Origin: Candidatus Velesiimonas alkalicola
GTDB taxonomy: Bacteria > Omnitrophota > Gorgyraeia > Velesiimonadales > Velesiimonadaceae
Assembly: GCA_013626165.1 (NCBI GenBank)
Contig: NDHX01000005.1
Coordinates: 26,875-90,874, forward strand
Length of the DNA: 64,000 bases
Reading direction: 5' to 3'
In this document: positions 1 to 10,188 of the stretch, piece by piece
Position numbering within the stretch: the first letter of the stretch is position 1
Layout of the letters: each line of letters starts with the position of its first letter
Notes under the pieces: model-generated
The model's input: only the letters and a program-made list of their open reading frames with translations
Databases searched by the model: none
What the model was told of the DNA's origin: nothing
Program-made: the position numbers and the translations under genes

Positions 1-217
1 AGATGTTCCTATTGACTATATGCCGTATATTCTACATCAAGCTGTTCAAGAGATAATAATATTTCAATTATAGATTTCTTATATTATATTCACCTTCCAG
101 TTATATATTTGGATTATAGAACAAGCCCTTAACCTGCCACTGTTCTGCCTTAAAAAACTTCAACGGTATTATTATACAGGGTGCACAACATATATGTAAT
201 AAAAGAGATTTGTCCAA
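1..217 (-). pseudogene. queH: Epoxyqueuosine reductase QueH (DUF208) pseudogene, runs off the window start
   Basis: TTG at 217 reads MDKSLLLHICCAPC...GLFYNPNI*LEGEYNIRNL*; LHICCAPC and FYNPNI are QueH motifs; in-frame TAA at 103-101 and 70-68. Confidence 0.75.
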
Positions 218-330
218 TCTTTTTCCTGTACCTTAAAAACAAAAAGGCATATTATGTTCTGATCTGTGTCTTGCTTTATCCGCTTTACTTCCTGTTTTTC
301 CCTTCATAAGGGTTCTAATCCTTTAATTTA

Positions 331-405
331 TGGAGCTGGTGGAGGGATTTGAACCCCCGACCAGAGGTTTACAAAACCCCTGCTCTGCCCCTGAGCTACA
401 CCAGC
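331..405 (-). tRNA. tRNA-Thr(TGT)
   Basis: GCTGGTGTAGCTCAG...TT TGT AA...GGTTCAAATCC...ACCAGCTCCA cloverleaf with encoded CCA. Confidence 0.95.
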
Positions 406-515
406 ATAAATAAGATTCAAAATCTATCCACTATGTTATTTTATATTTATTTATAACTTTTGCAACAAAATTTAGTAATAATTTTAAGAATGGGAGAAGA
501 CAGAATATACCCATA

Positions 516-863
516 TTAGGAAGTAAGGATGAGAGGTAAGTGAGACAGGGGAAAGATGGTATTTCCGCCAATTCTACAATATCCATAGATGCCGCTTTCT
601 AAAATGTAGGGAAGGAAAAAAAATGCACCGGCAATCTGACACTTAGCCCGAAATAGCTCTGGTCTGGCTGTATCTATATTTTGAGAACGTGCCGGAATAA
701 TACTTCTCTTTCTGCTGATACCTATCTTCTGATAACTACGACGGTGTAATTTGGGAAATCCTGCGCTGGTTAAGAACCTTTCTATGGTCCGAACACTGAT
801 CGCAATGTTGTTGGTCTTTAGTTGTTGTTTTTCCAAAACTTTATATTCTGTCATACCGAGCAT
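516..863 (-). pseudogene. Probable transposase fragment between two tRNAs
   Basis: ISVRTIERFLTSAGFPKLHRR resembles a transposase HTH/linker segment; no catalytic domain. Confidence 0.4.
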
Positions 864-957
864 ATTCCCTCTTTTAAATTAACTAATGAAGGGCGGAGTG
901 AAAATACTGGATTCCCGCCACACACATTAGTGGGCCTACCTTCTTCAAACCAGAAAT

Positions 958-1031
958 TGGCTGCCCGGCGAGGACTCGGACCTCGAGTAACGGCTCCAAA
1001 GGCCGCTGTGTTACCATTACACTACCGGGCA
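958..1031 (-). tRNA. tRNA-Gln(TTG)
   Basis: TGCCCGGTAGTGTAATGG...CT TTG GA...CCGGGCAGCCA; T-loop reads TCCGAGT. Confidence 0.9.
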
Positions 1032-1087
1032 AGAAAATTTTGGCTGTTTTTTCTTAGGAGAGCCTCTTGCATGACCGCCCCACCTAA

Positions 1088-1290
1088 CCCCATTAGACCT
1101 ACCTGTCGCGGGCAGGCTCGTGAAACTTAAAAAGCAACTGATGCACTACTGGTGCTCTGATGCTCTGGTGTTCTAATGCTCTGGTGTTCTGGTGTTCTGC
1201 CTGTCTGCGTGCTGTAGCACAGCACAGGCAGGGTGCACTGGTGCTCTGGTGTTCTGGTGCATTTGAAATTAGTGGGATTGGGGTTGTGCA
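1088..1290 (+). repeat. Composite octamer-repeat element (head + CTGGTGYT array + 37-bp tail)
   Basis: Tandem CTGGTG(C/T)T units; 1254-1290 identical to 35245-35281; head matches 35109-35052 (minus). Confidence 0.85.
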
Positions 1291-1386
1291 ATGGGCTCTG
1301 TTACACAAACTTACTACAGGATTGTCAAAATCAGCACCACTTATCAAACCACCCTTTTAAATTTCTTTTATTTCCCTGCATTCTTT

Positions 1387-3243
1387 TCAACAGGCAGAAA
1401 ACAACATTGCATCTGCAAACTTGTCTTGAAAATCCCTTGAAACAGAAAGCTCTATATACTCTGTCTCTGTTGATATATCCTCAACAACACCGTGAAGCTT
1501 TCTTGAAAGAAGGAGCAACCTTGCCCCCGATAGTGCGGCATTGCCTACAAACCTTATCCTCTCAGAAGCAATATCAGGGATAAGACCAATCCTTTTTGCG
1601 TTGCTTCTTCTTATAAAATTTCCGAACCCGCCTGCAAGAAATACCTCCGATATGTCTTCATCTGTTATACCATATTGTTTTTCAAGTATCTTTATACCTG
1701 CAAATATTGCAGCTTTCCCAAGCTGTAATTCTCTTATATCTTTCTGTGTTATATACACAGGATGCCCTGCTCTTGTGTTTTCTGCATTAACAAGTCTGAA
1801 ATCAAACCCCTTTTTTGAAGAAATTATCCTTTCAGCAATTTTTTCAGGAATCTTTCCTTTCAGAACATCCGGCGACTGTATTCTCCCTGTTTTATCTATA
1901 ACACCTGTTCGGACCATCTCTGCAACCGCATCTATAAGCCCTGAGCCACATATACCACAAGGGGGCTGGTTTGCTATTGTATTAACAAGGACATCTTCTG
2001 CAAAAATAACCTTTTCTATTGCACCAGCAGATGCTCTCATCCCCTGTGATATCCGTGCCCCTTCAAATGCAGGGCCTGCTGCTGTTGAGGCAGAGATAAG
2101 TCTTTTTCTGTTGCCAAGAACTATTTCTCCGTTTGTTCCTATATCAACCGAGAGCCTTATTTTTTCTGACTCATGCTGTCTTGTGGAAAGTATCACAGAG
2201 ACTGTGTCTCCTCCTACAAATCCCCCTATATTAGGAAATACACATACTGTTCCATTGGGACTTATCTGGAGTCCTAACTTTTTTGCTTTTACATCTGTGC
2301 CTTCACGAAACACAAGAGAAAATGGAACAAAACCAAGTCCTTCGGGGGATATTTTTAATACTATGTGTTGCATTGTTGAATTACCGCACAGAACTATTTT
2401 GTATATCTGTTCAACTGATATACCCGCAGAAGAAGCCATTTCCTGTATCATCTCATTCATTGTCCCTATAATTGAAAGGTGAAGTCTTTCAAGACCGTCT
2501 TTATTATTGATTATAAACTGGATTCTTGATACAACATCATCCCCGTATATTGCTTGCGGATTCATTCTTGCAGTAAGTGCAATCTCTTTTCCTGTATTAG
2601 CATCAAGAAGTGCAGAAACAACTGTTGATGTCCCTATGTCAAATGCAACGCCGTAGTTAATCCCCGTTGTATCGCCCGGTTCAAGGTTTATAAGTTCTCC
2701 GTCTGAAAACACACAGGTGCATTTGTAATCCTGTTTTTTTAAAAAATTGCGAATCTTTCTTAATATGTAAATATCTACACAGAATTTTTCACCCACATTT
2801 TTCCTGATAAGGTCAAGGTCGGATATCTGGTTATCAAGTGTGGCGGGGGGAAGTTCTGTGTACTTTTTCCATACGCTTGGATGTATCTGTTTTTCGCCCT
2901 CTATACCCAGGGTAAGTATCTTCTGTGCCGACAACCTTGTTTGTGCCGGGATTAGTATTTTACAATCCGAATTTATTTTAGACTGGCAGGACATCCTGAA
3001 ACCGGAAGATACAGCTTCCTTTCCCAATACCTTTTCCTCTGTTGGGCTTGCAGACATCTGCCCTTCAATAATCTTTATCTTGCATTTTCCACACAGTCCC
3101 TTACCGCCGCAGGGGGCTTCCATTACTATATTTGCCGATGCCGCCGCCTCAAGAATACTTGTCCCTGGGATTACAAATATTTCCTTTTCCTCTGGAAGTA
3201 CTGTTACCCTCACAGTTGGGTTCATCTGTTCTCCTGCAAACAC
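1387..3243 (-). CDS. ASKHA-domain 2Fe-2S protein (RACo/DUF4445, corrinoid reductive activator-like); start may be ATG 3225
   Basis: N-terminal CGGKGLCGKC...C 2Fe-2S, DIGTSTV, DIGTNGE, AAGPAFEG, GICGSG motifs. Confidence 0.9.
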   Translation of the reverse strand: MFAGEQMNPTVRVTVLPEEKEIFVIPGTSILEAAASANIVMEAPCGGKGLCGKCKIKIIEGQMSASPTEEKVLGKEAVSSGFRMSCQSKINSDCKILIPAQTRLSAQKILTLGIEGEKQIHPSVWKKYTELPPATLDNQISDLDLIRKNVGEKFCVDIYILRKIRNFLKKQDYKCTCVFSDGELINLEPGDTTGINYGVAFDIGTSTVVSALLDANTGKEIALTARMNPQAIYGDDVVSRIQFIINNKDGLERLHLSIIGTMNEMIQEMASSAGISVEQIYKIVLCGNSTMQHIVLKISPEGLGFVPFSLVFREGTDVKAKKLGLQISPNGTVCVFPNIGGFVGGDTVSVILSTRQHESEKIRLSVDIGTNGEIVLGNRKRLISASTAAGPAFEGARISQGMRASAGAIEKVIFAEDVLVNTIANQPPCGICGSGLIDAVAEMVRTGVIDKTGRIQSPDVLKGKIPEKIAERIISSKKGFDFRLVNAENTRAGHPVYITQKDIRELQLGKAAIFAGIKILEKQYGITDEDISEVFLAGGFGNFIRRSNAKRIGLIPDIASERIRFVGNAALSGARLLLLSRKLHGVVEDISTETEYIELSVSRDFQDKFADAMLFSAC

Positions 3244-3549
3244 TTGTGGCTATACAACACTCTTAATTTGAAATTTAGAGGATATCACGCCATCAATCTT
3301 GTGTGGGTCAAATGAGATATTCTCTATGTAGTTTCTTAAATATATGACAATATCCTGGATAGAATTTTATGTTCAGAGACTCAATAATGGCAAGATTTTT
3401 AATAAGAAGCCTCTGGAGCATATTCAAATTATAACACATTACAAAAAATATATGATAAATATTTAATTTCTCCTTTTTTAACACAGGAGGCTTTTTTATT
3501 GAAATTCTGTTATAATATTTTTAAGCGTAGGACTTGATGGTATGTCTGT

Positions 3550-3707
3550 GAAGCATTATTGAGCAAGGTCTGGGACTTTGCCTCTACAAAGACACAGGAA
3601 CAGTTGATGCCCCTGTAAGAAGGATAAGAAGTAAAATAGAAACCACAGGTAAAACATACATAGAAACAACTCACAATGTGGGCTATAGACTTTGCAAGGA
3701 CATATGA
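3550..3707 (+). pseudogene. Remnant of OmpR/PhoB response regulator winged-helix C-terminus
   Basis: EALLSKVWDF (frameshift) DTGTVDAPVRRIRSKIE..YIETTHNVGYRL; stop overlaps the next ATG (ATGA 3704-3707). Confidence 0.65.
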
Positions 3708-4804
3708 GCATTATGAAAAGTATTGTTTCTATACACAGGTGTCCAACATATCACATAGACGATGTGCAACAGGCAGTTGAAAGGTGTTTAACTGATATCG
3801 GGGGTATAGAAAGTATTGTTAAAAAACACAACAGGGTCCTTATTAAACCAAACCTGCTTTCCGCATCAGAGCCATTTTTAGCCATTACAACACATCCGGA
3901 ATTTATAAGAGCGGTTGTAAGAATAGTCCACCGTGTGGGTGCAAAAGCAATTATTGGAGATTCATGCTATGGAAGTGTAAGGATGGAAGAGGTGTATGAA
4001 AAAACGGGGGTAAAAAGGATATGTGAGCAGGAAAATGCAGAATGTATATTTTTCAATAAGGTGACAGACTGGAAAATACCCCTGGCAAGTATTGCTCTTG
4101 AATCAGATGTTATTATAAATCTTCCTAAATTCAAGACACATAATCTTACAATACTTACAGGTGGAATAAAAAATATGTTTGGTATCGTACCCGGTACGCA
4201 GAAAATAAATTACCACAGCGACTATCCTTCAATACAAGAATTTTCAAAACTTTTAATAGATATACTTGAAAAAGTAAAGCCACACCTTACAATTATGGAT
4301 GGTATAATAGGGCTTGAAGGCGACGGACCCGGTTCAGCCGGCAAAGCACGGAACATAGGATTAATATTGTGTTCAAGAGATGTTGTGGCATTAGATACCG
4401 TTATGGCTGTTATGATGGGACTTGACCCCTTGCATATCCCGATGTTAAGAATTGCAGATGTAAGAGGCATCGGAAACTGTAAAATGGAAGATATAGAAAT
4501 AGATGGCGAAAGCACTTTTGCAAAACCTATCCCTGGTTTTATTTTACCAAAATCAGGTATAATATTGAAAATACCTTCGGCAACATTAAAGTTAGTTGGC
4601 AGGTTTATAAGTATTATGCCCGTTTTTAAAAAACAGGTTTGTTCTAAGTGCGGTCTTTGTGTAAAGAGTTGTCCGAAAGGTGCAATTGTTTTTAAGAAAA
4701 ACTTTCTATCTCTTGATGTCCACAGGTGTATATCCTGTCTTTGTTGTCAAGAGATTTGTCCCAGGGGGGCGGTAAAGGCAAAAATTTGTTTTAGATTTAA
4801 GTAG
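3704..4804 (+). CDS. DUF362 domain protein with C-terminal 4Fe-4S dicluster
   Basis: VLIKPNLL, TTHP, NLPKFKTH, GGIKNMFG, EGDGP; two CxxCxxCxxxCP. Confidence 0.9.
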   Translation: MSIMKSIVSIHRCPTYHIDDVQQAVERCLTDIGGIESIVKKHNRVLIKPNLLSASEPFLAITTHPEFIRAVVRIVHRVGAKAIIGDSCYGSVRMEEVYEKTGVKRICEQENAECIFFNKVTDWKIPLASIALESDVIINLPKFKTHNLTILTGGIKNMFGIVPGTQKINYHSDYPSIQEFSKLLIDILEKVKPHLTIMDGIIGLEGDGPGSAGKARNIGLILCSRDVVALDTVMAVMMGLDPLHIPMLRIADVRGIGNCKMEDIEIDGESTFAKPIPGFILPKSGIILKIPSATLKLVGRFISIMPVFKKQVCSKCGLCVKSCPKGAIVFKKNFLSLDVHRCISCLCCQEICPRGAVKAKICFRFK

Positions 4805-4811
4805 GGGGCAT

Positions 4812-5471
4812 ATGTCAAAGATAAAACCTTCGTCAGATTTTAGGGCAGAAGATACATGGAGAGTATTCAGGATAATGAGTGAATTTATAGATGGTTTTGA
4901 AACCCTTGCAGTGCTTCCTCCTGCAGTATCTATATTTGGTTCAACAAAGGCAGTGCCATCTGATGCTGATTACCAGACTGCACAAAAAATAGCCGCAATT
5001 GCCGTAAAAAAAGGACTTGCTGTTATAACAGGAGCAGGTCCAGGGATTATGGAAGCGGCAAACAAGGGCGCATTTAATGCAGGCGGTGAATCAATAGGGC
5101 TGAACATAGAACTTCCAACACAGCAAAAACCCAACCCTTATGTAAAACATCTTTTGCGGTTCAGATATTTTTTTGTAAGAAAGGTTATGTTTGTAAAATA
5201 TGCGGTGGCATTTGTATTTTTACCCGGCGGATATGGAACATTAGACGAATTTTTTGAAATACTCACACTGTTTCAGACAAAAAGACTTTCCCCTGTAACA
5301 ATTGTATTGGTGAACAAAAAGTATTGGAATGGGCTTATACAATGGCTCACAGATACAACCCTAAAACAGGGAAAGATAAGTAAAGACGATTTAAGACTGT
5401 TTCATATCGTTGATACTCCTGAACAGGCAATAAGAATTATATGCAAGAATTTGAAATGCTCTCAAAAATAA
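4812..5471 (+). CDS. LOG family Rossmann-fold protein
   Basis: TGAGPGIMEAANKGA, PGGYGTLDE motifs. Confidence 0.9.
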   Translation: MSKIKPSSDFRAEDTWRVFRIMSEFIDGFETLAVLPPAVSIFGSTKAVPSDADYQTAQKIAAIAVKKGLAVITGAGPGIMEAANKGAFNAGGESIGLNIELPTQQKPNPYVKHLLRFRYFFVRKVMFVKYAVAFVFLPGGYGTLDEFFEILTLFQTKRLSPVTIVLVNKKYWNGLIQWLTDTTLKQGKISKDDLRLFHIVDTPEQAIRIICKNLKCSQK

Positions 5472-6349
5472 GAAACATATTTAAGACAAAGGATAGAAAT
5501 ATCCTTGTGGGTATAGGAGACGATGCGGCTGTTATAGGTCTGGATGCAAGCGAACATCTTGTTTTTGCCACAGATATGATTGTAGAGGGTATTGATTTTA
5601 AGATAAGGAATAAAAACGACGCATTTCTTGCCGGGAGAAAATCACTGGCAATAAATTTAAGTGATATTGCCGCAATGTCCGGGATTCCGCTGTATTGCGT
5701 TGTCGGTGTTGTTCTTCCAGATAAATATGGGTGGCAGATTTTAAAAAAGATTGCAAAAGGAATAAAACATATTGCCGATCAATTTGATGTCCAAGTAGTC
5801 GGCGGGGACCTATCCTCAGGCAAATATTTGCAGATAACAATTGCAATAATCGGGAAAACAAAAAATAAAAAATTTATCACAAGAAAAGGCGCAAAAATTG
5901 CAGACAGAATCCTCGTAACAGGTTCCCTGGGTGGTTCAATAAAAGGGCGTCATCTTAAATTTATCCCCCGCTTGAAAGAGGCCCAGAGCCTTGTTAAGAA
6001 TTTTAAAATAAATTCTATGATAGACATCTCAGACGGACTTGGTTCTGATATTAAAAGGATATGCGAAGAAAGCAAAACCGGTTGCAGGATATACGCAAAA
6101 AGTATTCCTCTGTCAAAGGATGCAAAAGATGTTCACTCGGCATTGAACGATGGAGAAGATTTTGAACTTCTGTTCACAGCAGATCAGGAACAGGCAAAAA
6201 ACATTATTAAACAGGCAAAAGATAAAATTGAAGTTAAAATTACAGATATAGGCGAAATCCTGCCTAAAAGCAAGGGGATGTATTTAGAATTTGAAAAAGG
6301 GGAAAGTATTAAGATACAGGCAATGGGTTATGAGCATTTTAAAAATTGA
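5456..6349 (+). CDS. thiL: Thiamine-monophosphate kinase
   Basis: GIGDDAA, NLSDIAAM, GGDL, IDISDGL, GEDFEL. Confidence 0.93.
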   Translation: MLSKIRNIFKTKDRNILVGIGDDAAVIGLDASEHLVFATDMIVEGIDFKIRNKNDAFLAGRKSLAINLSDIAAMSGIPLYCVVGVVLPDKYGWQILKKIAKGIKHIADQFDVQVVGGDLSSGKYLQITIAIIGKTKNKKFITRKGAKIADRILVTGSLGGSIKGRHLKFIPRLKEAQSLVKNFKINSMIDISDGLGSDIKRICEESKTGCRIYAKSIPLSKDAKDVHSALNDGEDFELLFTADQEQAKNIIKQAKDKIEVKITDIGEILPKSKGMYLEFEKGESIKIQAMGYEHFKN

Positions 6350-6557
6350 TAACCTTGGGCCTTCCCTAAAAAATATTTTTCAAGGGGGCTGGACTGACTT
6401 CTTAAAAAAAGGACTGGGTGAAAAACTACCTAAACCAATGGCTGAAAAATGAAGTGGCCCAATTAAAAAATTAGAATCTCATCAAAAGTGGGAAATACCT
6501 CAATAATACAGGCACAAAGACCTGAGCACTACCTGTAAATTTATCAGTTTAACAAGT

Positions 6558-6585
6558 TTGACAGGATAACAATTATTGATATAAT
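6558..6585 (+). promoter_or_regulatory. Consensus sigma70 promoter
   Basis: TTGACA-16 nt-TATAAT with extended TG. Confidence 0.75.
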
Positions 6586-6606
6586 ATTTGTTGGAAAGGA
6601 GGGTGT

Positions 6607-6648
6607 ATGGACGGAGGATGTTCAAAGAAAAAACCCAAAAAAAAGTAG
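6607..6648 (+). CDS. 13-aa Lys-rich micro-ORF MDGGCSKKKPKKK
   Basis: Strong SD AAAGGAGG just upstream, promoter before and terminator-like hairpin after. Confidence 0.55.
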   Translation: MDGGCSKKKPKKK

Positions 6649-6666
6649 GACAAGAGTCCTGCGGGA

Positions 6667-6713
6667 ACAATAAAAGCCCATCAGCTGAGGTGAGGTTGAC
6701 GGGCTTTTATTGT
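6667..6713 (+). terminator. Intrinsic terminator-like hairpin before purB
   Basis: ACAATAAAAGCCC...GGGCTTTTATTGT inverted repeat. Confidence 0.75.
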
Positions 6714-6730
6714 GTTAAAGGGGGGAGGAA

Positions 6731-8035
6731 ATGATATCAAGATATACACTGCCACAGATGGGAAATATATGGTCTGAACAGAATAAATTCAAAACCTGGC
6801 TTGATGTAGAAATTGCAGCACTTGAGGCACAGTGCGAGATTGGAAGTATTCCTAAAAATGTTGTAGAAAGGATAAAGAAAAATGTCAAATTTGATGTCAA
6901 AAAAATAGAAGAGATTGAGTTCGGCAAAGGAGGAACAGGTCACGACTTACTTGCATTTCTTAAAAACCTTTCTGAATATGTAAAAGAAGACTTAAGGTAC
7001 ATTCACGTCGGTTTAACCTCCTATGATATAGAAGATACTGCTCTTGCAATCAGGCTTAAAGCATCTTCCGATCTAATTCTGAAAAATTTAAACAAACTAT
7101 CTTCTTTGTTAAAAACACTTTCAAAAAAATATACCATCACCCCAATGATTGGAAGAACACATGGTGTTCATGCAGAACCCATAACATTTGGTTTTAAGAT
7201 GGCAGTATGGTATCAGGAAATAAAAAGACACATAGAAAGGTTGTATCTTGCAAAAAAAACAATATCTGTGGGCAAAATTTCAGGCGCAGTTGGCACATTC
7301 TCTAATATAGACACAAGAATAGAAAAGATTGTATGCAAAAAACTAGGACTTGATGCTGATTTAATCTCAACACAGATTATACAAAGAGACAGGCATGCAT
7401 ATTTTGTTACAACACTTGCATTAATAGGAGCATCATTGGAAAAATTTGCAACAGAAATAAGAAACCTGCAAAGAACAGAAATACTTGAAGTAGAGGAGTT
7501 TTTCGGTAAAACACAGAAAGGCTCAAGTGCAATGCCCCATAAAAGAAATCCGATTATATCTGAAAGAATAACAGGGCTTGCAAGAGTGCTCAGGGGGTAT
7601 GCTTTAACCTCTATGGAAACAGTCTCACTATGGCATGAAAGAGATCTTACAAACTCATCTGCTGAAAGAATCATACTGCCTGATGCCTGTATTGCACTTG
7701 ACTATATAATTGTTAAATTAAGGGAGGTTCTTGAAAATCTAAATATATACCCTGAAAATATGTTAAAAAACATAAGTCACACAAGGGGGCTTATATTTTC
7801 ACAAAGGGTGATGCTAAAACTTTCTGAAAAAGGACTTTCAAGAGAAAAAGCATATGAGGTTGTTCAAAAAAATGCAATGAAATCACGAGAACAAGGTCTT
7901 GATTTTAAAAACCTGCTTATGCAAGATCAAGAAGTAAAAACCCTTCTTACAGAAAATGAACTAAACAATTGTTTTGATATAAAATACTACTTAAGAAATA
8001 TTCAGAAGGTCATAAAAAGAGCAATACAAAGATAG
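6731..8035 (+). CDS. purB: Adenylosuccinate lyase
   Basis: MISRY start, GRTHGVHAEP, GSSAMPHKRNP signature. Confidence 0.97.
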   Translation: MISRYTLPQMGNIWSEQNKFKTWLDVEIAALEAQCEIGSIPKNVVERIKKNVKFDVKKIEEIEFGKGGTGHDLLAFLKNLSEYVKEDLRYIHVGLTSYDIEDTALAIRLKASSDLILKNLNKLSSLLKTLSKKYTITPMIGRTHGVHAEPITFGFKMAVWYQEIKRHIERLYLAKKTISVGKISGAVGTFSNIDTRIEKIVCKKLGLDADLISTQIIQRDRHAYFVTTLALIGASLEKFATEIRNLQRTEILEVEEFFGKTQKGSSAMPHKRNPIISERITGLARVLRGYALTSMETVSLWHERDLTNSSAERIILPDACIALDYIIVKLREVLENLNIYPENMLKNISHTRGLIFSQRVMLKLSEKGLSREKAYEVVQKNAMKSREQGLDFKNLLMQDQEVKTLLTENELNNCFDIKYYLRNIQKVIKRAIQR

Positions 8036-8248
8036 TGGTGCCCTGTCCCTAAAATTCTGGCAGGGGAATGAAATGCCTGTTTAATCCTTATAATCATTGT
8101 GTTGGAATTTCAGGAAAAGACAGAAGGGCTTGGGTTTATTGTATAGAGTATTTTTAAACTTAGATTAGGAGATGAAAGCAAGATAAAGATAAAAAAGACA
8201 AAGACAATCAGTGTTTGTGTGTCTTTACGAAATATACAAGGAAGAACA

Positions 8249-9307
8249 GTGACACATCTTGAATTATTTAAATCTACAGTTGAACACAGGGGGAACAAAG
8301 AATTTTTATTTTATGCAGAGTTTACGCCTGAGGTTGATAAAAAAATCAGAGAGAAGTATAAACTTGATAAAAATGTCGACCTACGGGATTTTTTTGGTAT
8401 ATATCATCGTAACAATATATTCCCAGAGGCGATTCAAAAACAGAAGCCGGATTTCGATGTATATTTTGAGGATGTAGAAAAACCAGAAGGTTCATTTATA
8501 AATGAGTTAGGTGTGCTTGAAATTCCTGCAAAATTCTATCATTTTACTGGATATATAAGTCCTTTAAGAAACGCAAAAAGCTTTTCTGATATACAAAGAT
8601 TCCCATACCCTTCAAAAGAATTTGAGAAAGTTAGAATAAAAGAAAAAATAGATAATGTTCATAAAGAAGGAAGGGTTGCTTCCTGCTTTGTGGGGCATAT
8701 GTACGAAGACAGTTGGCAGGTCAGAGGATATGAAGAATTTTTGATAGATTTATTTGAACAGCCACAGTGGTGTGAATACATATTGGATAAATTTGCAGAA
8801 AAGAATCTTGAACTTGCGACATTTTTGGCAGAGGCAGGAGCAGATGTTATTGCAACAGGCGATGATGTTGCGAGCCAGAAAGCAATGATGTTTTCGCCAT
8901 CTGTATGGAGAAATTTTCTTAAACCAAGATGGGCAAAGATTTATAGTGCGGCAAGGAAGATAAAACCTGATATCCAGATATGGTATCACAGTGACGGCAA
9001 TATCACAGAAATTATACCTGACTTAATAGAAATTGGAATAACCATACTTAATCCTGTCCAACCTGAATGTATGTCCCCCATAGAGGTAAAAAAGAGATTT
9101 GGGAAGCAACTTGTATTAGATGGAACAATAGGGACCCAAACCACAATGCCATTTGGAACGCCTGAAGATATCAGAAAGGTTGTAGACGAAATGAAAAAAA
9201 CAGTTGGATATGATGGGGCATTAATACTTGCGCCTACACATATACTTGAACCTGATGTTTCAGTAGAAAATATAGTGGCATTTGTAAAAGCATGTAAGGA
9301 AGAATAA
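8249..9307 (+). CDS. Uroporphyrinogen decarboxylase/MtaA-CmuA family protein (ORF open from 8219)
   Basis: GDDVA, WYHSDG, LNPVQPE, GTIGTQTTMPFGTPE, APTH motifs. Confidence 0.85.
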   Translation: MTHLELFKSTVEHRGNKEFLFYAEFTPEVDKKIREKYKLDKNVDLRDFFGIYHRNNIFPEAIQKQKPDFDVYFEDVEKPEGSFINELGVLEIPAKFYHFTGYISPLRNAKSFSDIQRFPYPSKEFEKVRIKEKIDNVHKEGRVASCFVGHMYEDSWQVRGYEEFLIDLFEQPQWCEYILDKFAEKNLELATFLAEAGADVIATGDDVASQKAMMFSPSVWRNFLKPRWAKIYSAARKIKPDIQIWYHSDGNITEIIPDLIEIGITILNPVQPECMSPIEVKKRFGKQLVLDGTIGTQTTMPFGTPEDIRKVVDEMKKTVGYDGALILAPTHILEPDVSVENIVAFVKACKEE

Positions 9308-9665
9308 ATAAGTGTAAAATTAAGCCTCTGGAACAATATTAGAAAATGACACAACCCTTACTTAAAAACATTACAGCAACAAGGAAGTAAAAAAGATGTT
9401 ATCAGAAGCAGAAGCCACAGACTTATCCTTGCGCTCGACGGGGACAAGTATGCGCAGCGTATAATCTATTAAAACTATGAAGGGAAAAAGTGGTCGGAAG
9501 TGCAATTTTAAACTAAAAAGTAGAAACAGGTACCCACTTGGGGGTGTGGTGTTTGTGCTTGTCCGTCTGCGGCGTTGAAAATCTCGCCCTCGCCTCCTTC
9601 TTGCCTATGGTGCTTAAAACCTTGCCCATTTTTTGGGTGGGGAGCTTTGCCGATATTTGAAATTT

Positions 9666-9904
9666 TTTACAACAGCAAGTATTAATTTACTTATAATGCC
9701 AAGGTTTCATTTTTCAGTTGCTGGTGAGTTTGACAGACTTACCCCTGTTAAAGAACTTAAGATAATAAACAGATGTAGAACTTAAAAATGTGTATAAAAA
9801 ATACAGCAGTCTTGAAAACTGGAAATTGTTAGGATTAAAAACAAAGCATAAAAAATATTTTAGACAAGACAGATTATTATTAAATCTTTTTAGAAAATTT
9901 ATAA
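9666..9904 (+). pseudogene. Degraded C-terminus of an alpha/beta hydrolase
   Basis: FTTASINLLIMPRFHFSVAGEFDRLTP then frameshift to DVELKNVY...ENWKL. Confidence 0.35.
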
Positions 9905-10188
9905 AAAATCTTTATCTGGCACATTTTATTGTGTAGAAATTTTAATAAATCCCGATGTAACAATTAAGGATTAAGCAGGATAATCTAATTCTCTTTGTAA
10001 ATGGTAGGAATTTTTTAGGTGAAAGTGGGAAAAAAGTTTCACCAGGGAGCATCAGGGTATCCAACAAAGCTGGGCCAGCTTATAGAGGGTATATGTCAAG
10101 CAGGCTTGTTTAGATGATAAAAAACAGCATTTTTTATGAAAGTAGAATGATAGAAAACCCTGTTTCTTTTAATTTATTCTCTAAGGGT

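Noticed and set aside
1-217. Stop-codon recoding or selenocysteine to explain queH stops
   Set aside because: Stops are TAA, and intact genes in the window terminate with TAA, TAG and TGA normally
1149-1260. Octamer arrays as CRISPR
   Set aside because: 8-bp tandem units with no unique spacers and no cas genes in the window
822-1583. Short ORFs over tRNA-Gln and the repeat element
   Set aside because: Translations of tRNA and repeat DNA
1541-2482. Long antisense ORFs (also 29985-30662, 59983-60441)
   Set aside because: Shadows of well-supported genes on the opposite strand
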